The notes under the pieces are model-generated. The model did no database searches, was not told where the DNA came from, and was given only the letters and a program-made list of their open reading frames with translations. A DNA stretch of 64,000 bases from the human T2T-CHM13v2.0 reference genome, Homo sapiens: the NCBI RefSeq assembly GCF_009914755.1, contig NC_060931.1; one strand, 5' to 3'. The translations under genes were made by a program, and so were the position numbers. Within the stretch, counting starts at the first letter, position 1. Each line of letters opens with the position of its first letter. This document shows positions 61,574 through 64,000 of this stretch, in pieces.

Positions 61574-63695
61574 GATAGAAGAATGGAAGAATTTGTGTAA
61601 GGAAGGCCTGACAATGCCTAAGAGACCTGAAGTTTGGAATTTCTCAATTACCCAAACAGGTACAATCCCAGTGAGATAACGTGATCATGATACAATATTA
61701 GTTAAAAGAAAAAAACCTGAACACAATGGTGTATGCAAAGTGTGATTTCAAATAGATAAAGGAAAATGGCCTGAAATGATATATCATGAAATGCTAATGA
61801 TTACTATACCTGAAATTAAGAGAATTTTCTTCTTTTACATTTTCTCTATTTTAATAAATTTCATGAAACACATGAAATATTTTTAAAACTATAAAATATT
61901 ATACCAAGAGAAGAAAATGAATAGTACCACTCTTATGAACTAGCAATCACCAGTTAGAAAACCTAGCCAACACGAGAAAACAATAAATAGGCAGGAATCA
62001 AAAAAATGAAATGTGCATTGCCCACATTAAAACATTAAACATCTTAGTGAAAATAAAAACAGCTTGAATAAGAGAAAATTTAATAAATTACCAAATAACA
62101 TTGGGTCGAGGAGCCAATAAAAGTAATTATGAAGCTAGAGTATCCTGAAAAGAAAAATAATTGGGATACATGAAAGAAGATTGGCAAAACATTGACAATT
62201 GCAACTAGGTGAGGGTGACATAGGGTTTGGATTCATGATTCTCTCCACTTGTATTATGAAATTTCCCTATGTAAAAAGTAAAATTAAAAACAACCTACTA
62301 ATATGCAAGAAGAAGAAACTAAGACTGATAATCAAACTCTCGGACATTCAAAGTGAATACATAATTTTAAGTAAACATTATTAAAAGTAACAAAATAACC
62401 TATTCAACACAAGAATTCACAAAAACAAAAAGTCCTGAGGTGACAGGGAAGAAGTAAATAATAAATGTTAAAGCATAAAAAATGAAAAGACAGCAGACCC
62501 AAACACCAAAATAGGTCAATAAGTCCAAGAATTGGCTCTTTACAAAATAGAGACACCTCTGGAAAATGTCTCAAAAAAAAAGAAAACATTTAAAACAATC
62601 CAAATTTTTTTTATCTAAGAATATCACGCATTTTCATTTAGTTTCTCTGGATATTAACTGCATAAGGGAAAAAACAATAATCTAATGAAACTGAAGTAAT
62701 CACTTCCATCAAGCGATTATTATCTCCTTTCCTTTCATCTCTCAATAAACATGCAGAACGTATTAATCAGTCTGCTCATAGATTTCATAAAAAGTGGCTC
62801 ATTATCTAGATGTTCTATTAATAGTTGCCAGGTTTTTTGCATCAGGAGTTGGTTGCTCAGAATGATTAATATTTACATATGTTGGTTTCTCCCAGTTGAA
62901 ACCGGGATTGGAATAATAAATTGGGAGAAAATATATGGAAAAGCTCATTAAGATGACCATTTTTGCCAATAGTGTCCAAGGATGTTTCTGGTTTTCATGC
63001 AAATAGTGCCATACCAGATCCTTTCAAACATAATATTTCCCATTAAAGCAATCTCCCTTCCCACAAGCCCCTCATGTCTTCCCTTTAAAATTATCAACTT
63101 AATTTTTCTCAAGCTTCATTCAATTTTGTAAACTGATGCAACAGATTCTGCAGTTTACATAAGACCTGTTTCTTCTTTCTTTTATATCGTTATTGATCTG
63201 TCTCCCTGCATATTGCTGGAAGCATTATGTAATCATTATTAAGAAAATAAAGTCCATAATTTTACAGTTATTAATGCCCCCACCCGCCATCAAGGATCTC
63301 CCTAGACTATTAAATATGTCAGCCTCCTGCTTCACACCAAAATAACCATAAATCAAAAAACAAAACAAAACAAAACAAAAAACAACAAGGTAGGGACTGC
63401 ATTCCTTCTGTGGCTTTATCTCTTTAATTAGCAGATAAAAAGAGGTTACCATTTTAACAGAGATGATTATAATGGTTTTTATCACTTTACAGAAACTCTT
63501 TAAATTGCTTTTTAAAACGATATGGCTGACGTGTGATGGCATTAAAGAAATATAATGGGGAGGTGTTGATTTGTTTTCTTTAATTTTGTTTGTGCATGAC
63601 TTCTCTTCATCTGCTGACATGAAAATAAACACTAAGTACCACAAATTACTAGAGCAGCAGAGCTTGCTGTTCTGAAATAGTCCAACTCTTCTTAC

Positions 63696-63824
63696 GACAC
63701 CCTTGCTTTCCTCTTCAACTTCTGTGGTACCTGAAACAGATGGAGGAAGAACCTGCAGTCATCCTCAATCCCTAGATTTAAATCCATTAACATCTTTGGG
63801 TGTTGCAATTGTGAAGCCATGCAT
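63696..63824 (-). ncRNA. Candidate minus-strand exon
   Basis: Very strong acceptor tttctttcttttcttttttttccacag|; possible donors CAG|GTACCA (63731) or GTC|GTAAGA (63696). Confidence 0.35.
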
Positions 63825-64000
63825 CTGTGGAAAAAAAAGAAAAGAAAGAAACTTCTATCTGAAAAATGTGAGCCCCTTTCCCAGCGAGGTACTGGACTCA
63901 AACAGCAGTAGCATTACTCCTCTGGAGCTGAATCATTACCTCTTGAAGCCACATGCTATGTGGGCTCTAGACTAACTGACCAAATAGCCATCAGATGCCA

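Overview
Repeat-dominated primate (most likely human) genomic DNA. It is AT-rich, has no CpG island and has no protein-coding exon I can recognise. Over half of the window is transposon relics: about 14 Alus (J, S and Y), L1PA/L1M fragments, L2, MIR, DNA transposons (Tigger3b, MER5, MER20, MER30B, MER3, MER8) and many LTR elements. The LTR elements include a two-LTR ERVL (LTR33/ERV3-16A3-type) relic, a full-length MST MaLR provirus, a 5'-deleted MER4 provirus and solo MER51, MER21, MER68, MER4D, MLT1 and MLT2-type LTRs. One full-length U6 snRNA pseudogene is present. Nearly all ORFs in the supplied track are repeat-derived or chance. Splice-signal patterns hint at a minus-strand multi-exon noncoding transcript and a plus-strand transcript starting near 54 kb, both unverified. 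I found no convincing novel biological system. The best observations are fossil rearrangements (two templated insertions, one multi-kb deletion) and candidate lncRNA/sORF and enhancer elements. Repeat subfamily names are from recall of consensus sequences and need RepeatMasker/Dfam confirmation.
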